The position numbers were made by a program, and so were the translations under genes. A stretch of DNA of 50,626 nt, counting the filler, from Bipalium vagum (lineage: Eukaryota), in NCBI GenBank assembly GCA_037834085.1. It is 2 parts of 2 records of this genome, joined end to end, with 100 filler letters (N's around TTAATTAATTAA, not from the genome) between each part and the next. Parts side by side here need not be neighbours in the genome. Positions count along the whole stretch, not along the records: positions 19,924 to 50,626 come from JBBMKC010266294.1; 1 more part is not named here. One strand, written 5' to 3'. Numbering within the stretch: the stretch's first letter is position 1; each line of letters starts with the position of its first letter. This document shows, piece by piece, positions 49,825-50,626 of this stretch. The notes beneath the pieces are model-generated. The model saw only the letters and a list, made by a program, of their open reading frames with translations, did not search any database and had not been told where the DNA came from.

Positions 49825-50626
49825 TGATTCGTGTGACTCCCAACGGGGTTGAAGCTTATTTATCACAATTGCACAGAATTCCAGTGTTCTAGATTTGAAA
49901 ATAGTTTCGACAGCCTCGCTATTTTTAAAGATTTTATCCACGATGAAAAACTTTATTCTGTAGTGGACAAATCAGGAAAGTTTGAAGGATGAGGTAAAAT
50001 TATTGCAGTCATTTGCGCAAGATATGGACGAGTATTATTTTGAAGAATGTGACAATTTCTGTTAATTAAAGCCGAACAAAGAATTTGCAAATTTTGGCGG
50101 ATCTCATCGACCTCTTGACAATATAATTTCGTTTTTTTTTTGGCCGGTAGCCAAACATTTATAGTGAACTATAACTCTAGCCCACGACCAAGCACTTATC
50201 ATGACCGTCTTTTGCTAAACTTGTGATTTTGGTAAGTGCTTTGGAACTTGGCCGCGATCCAACCATTGTGATGAGTGCTTGCGATCATAACATAGAGCCA
50301 ATTTTGGTCGCATATCATAATGCACTTGAAAAAATATATATATATATACAACAAAGCGGGTGACAAACACACTTCAAAACGTAGATTTTGTGTTTTACGC
50401 CTAAATCATCATTCAATCTTCCTCACCTTGCCCAGTTTATGTAAGAGATCCAGTGACTACCGTGCTATGATCGATCGACCTATGATGCTTGTACTTAACA
50501 TAATTAATACATTCAAGTTTTCATTGTTTGTGGAGCATCCCACAATAAGCATTTTTTATATTTCATTTTGTTGATTATTGAGTAACTTTACTGATTTTTA
50601 TATGATCAATGAATGTCGTGATTTTA
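49805..50626 (-). mobile_element. Decayed mariner (cecropia-like), runs off window
   Basis: LHKLGKVRK, ICDQNW, SQWLDRGQVPKHLPK, VMISAW, YCQEVD, ILPHPSNFPDLSTTE, INKLQPRW. Confidence 0.92.

Noticed and set aside
1-50626. Uni-strand piRNA cluster; CRISPR array; tRNA or rRNA genes
   Set aside because: TE fragments are on both strands, there is no repeat-spacer structure, and no RNA gene signature was seen.
1-50626. Remaining 60-125 aa ORFs in the supplied track as genes
   Set aside because: They are low-complexity, antisense to TE frames, or of lengths expected by chance; no recognisable domains.

Overview
Very AT-rich (roughly a quarter G+C by eye) eukaryotic draft sequence with four N gaps and many (AAT/TTA)n tracts. 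It looks like an invertebrate animal (planarian-, nematode- or arthropod-like; this is inference only). I find no recognisable intact host gene, RNA gene or CRISPR array; the window is a transposon graveyard in two layers. The younger, well-supported layer is about 16 decayed Tc1/mariner-superfamily copies or fragments (cecropia-, irritans-, mauritiana-, elegans-like DD34D mariners, rosa/Tc3-like, Tc1-like) plus three MITE/foldback elements. It includes a triple-nested mariner at 42573-45127 whose innermost copy has an almost reconstructable DD34D transposase. The older, moderately to weakly supported layer explains most of the moderately GC-rich patches: hand translation through stops and frameshifts gives colinear fossil non-LTR ORF2 motifs (RTE-, CR1/L2-, R4/Dong-like) and one fossil gypsy pol. 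A single low-confidence candidate coding exon or small ORF lies at 26016-26149 (-). I found no convincing new biological system. All homology calls are by-eye motif matches and need profile-HMM confirmation.
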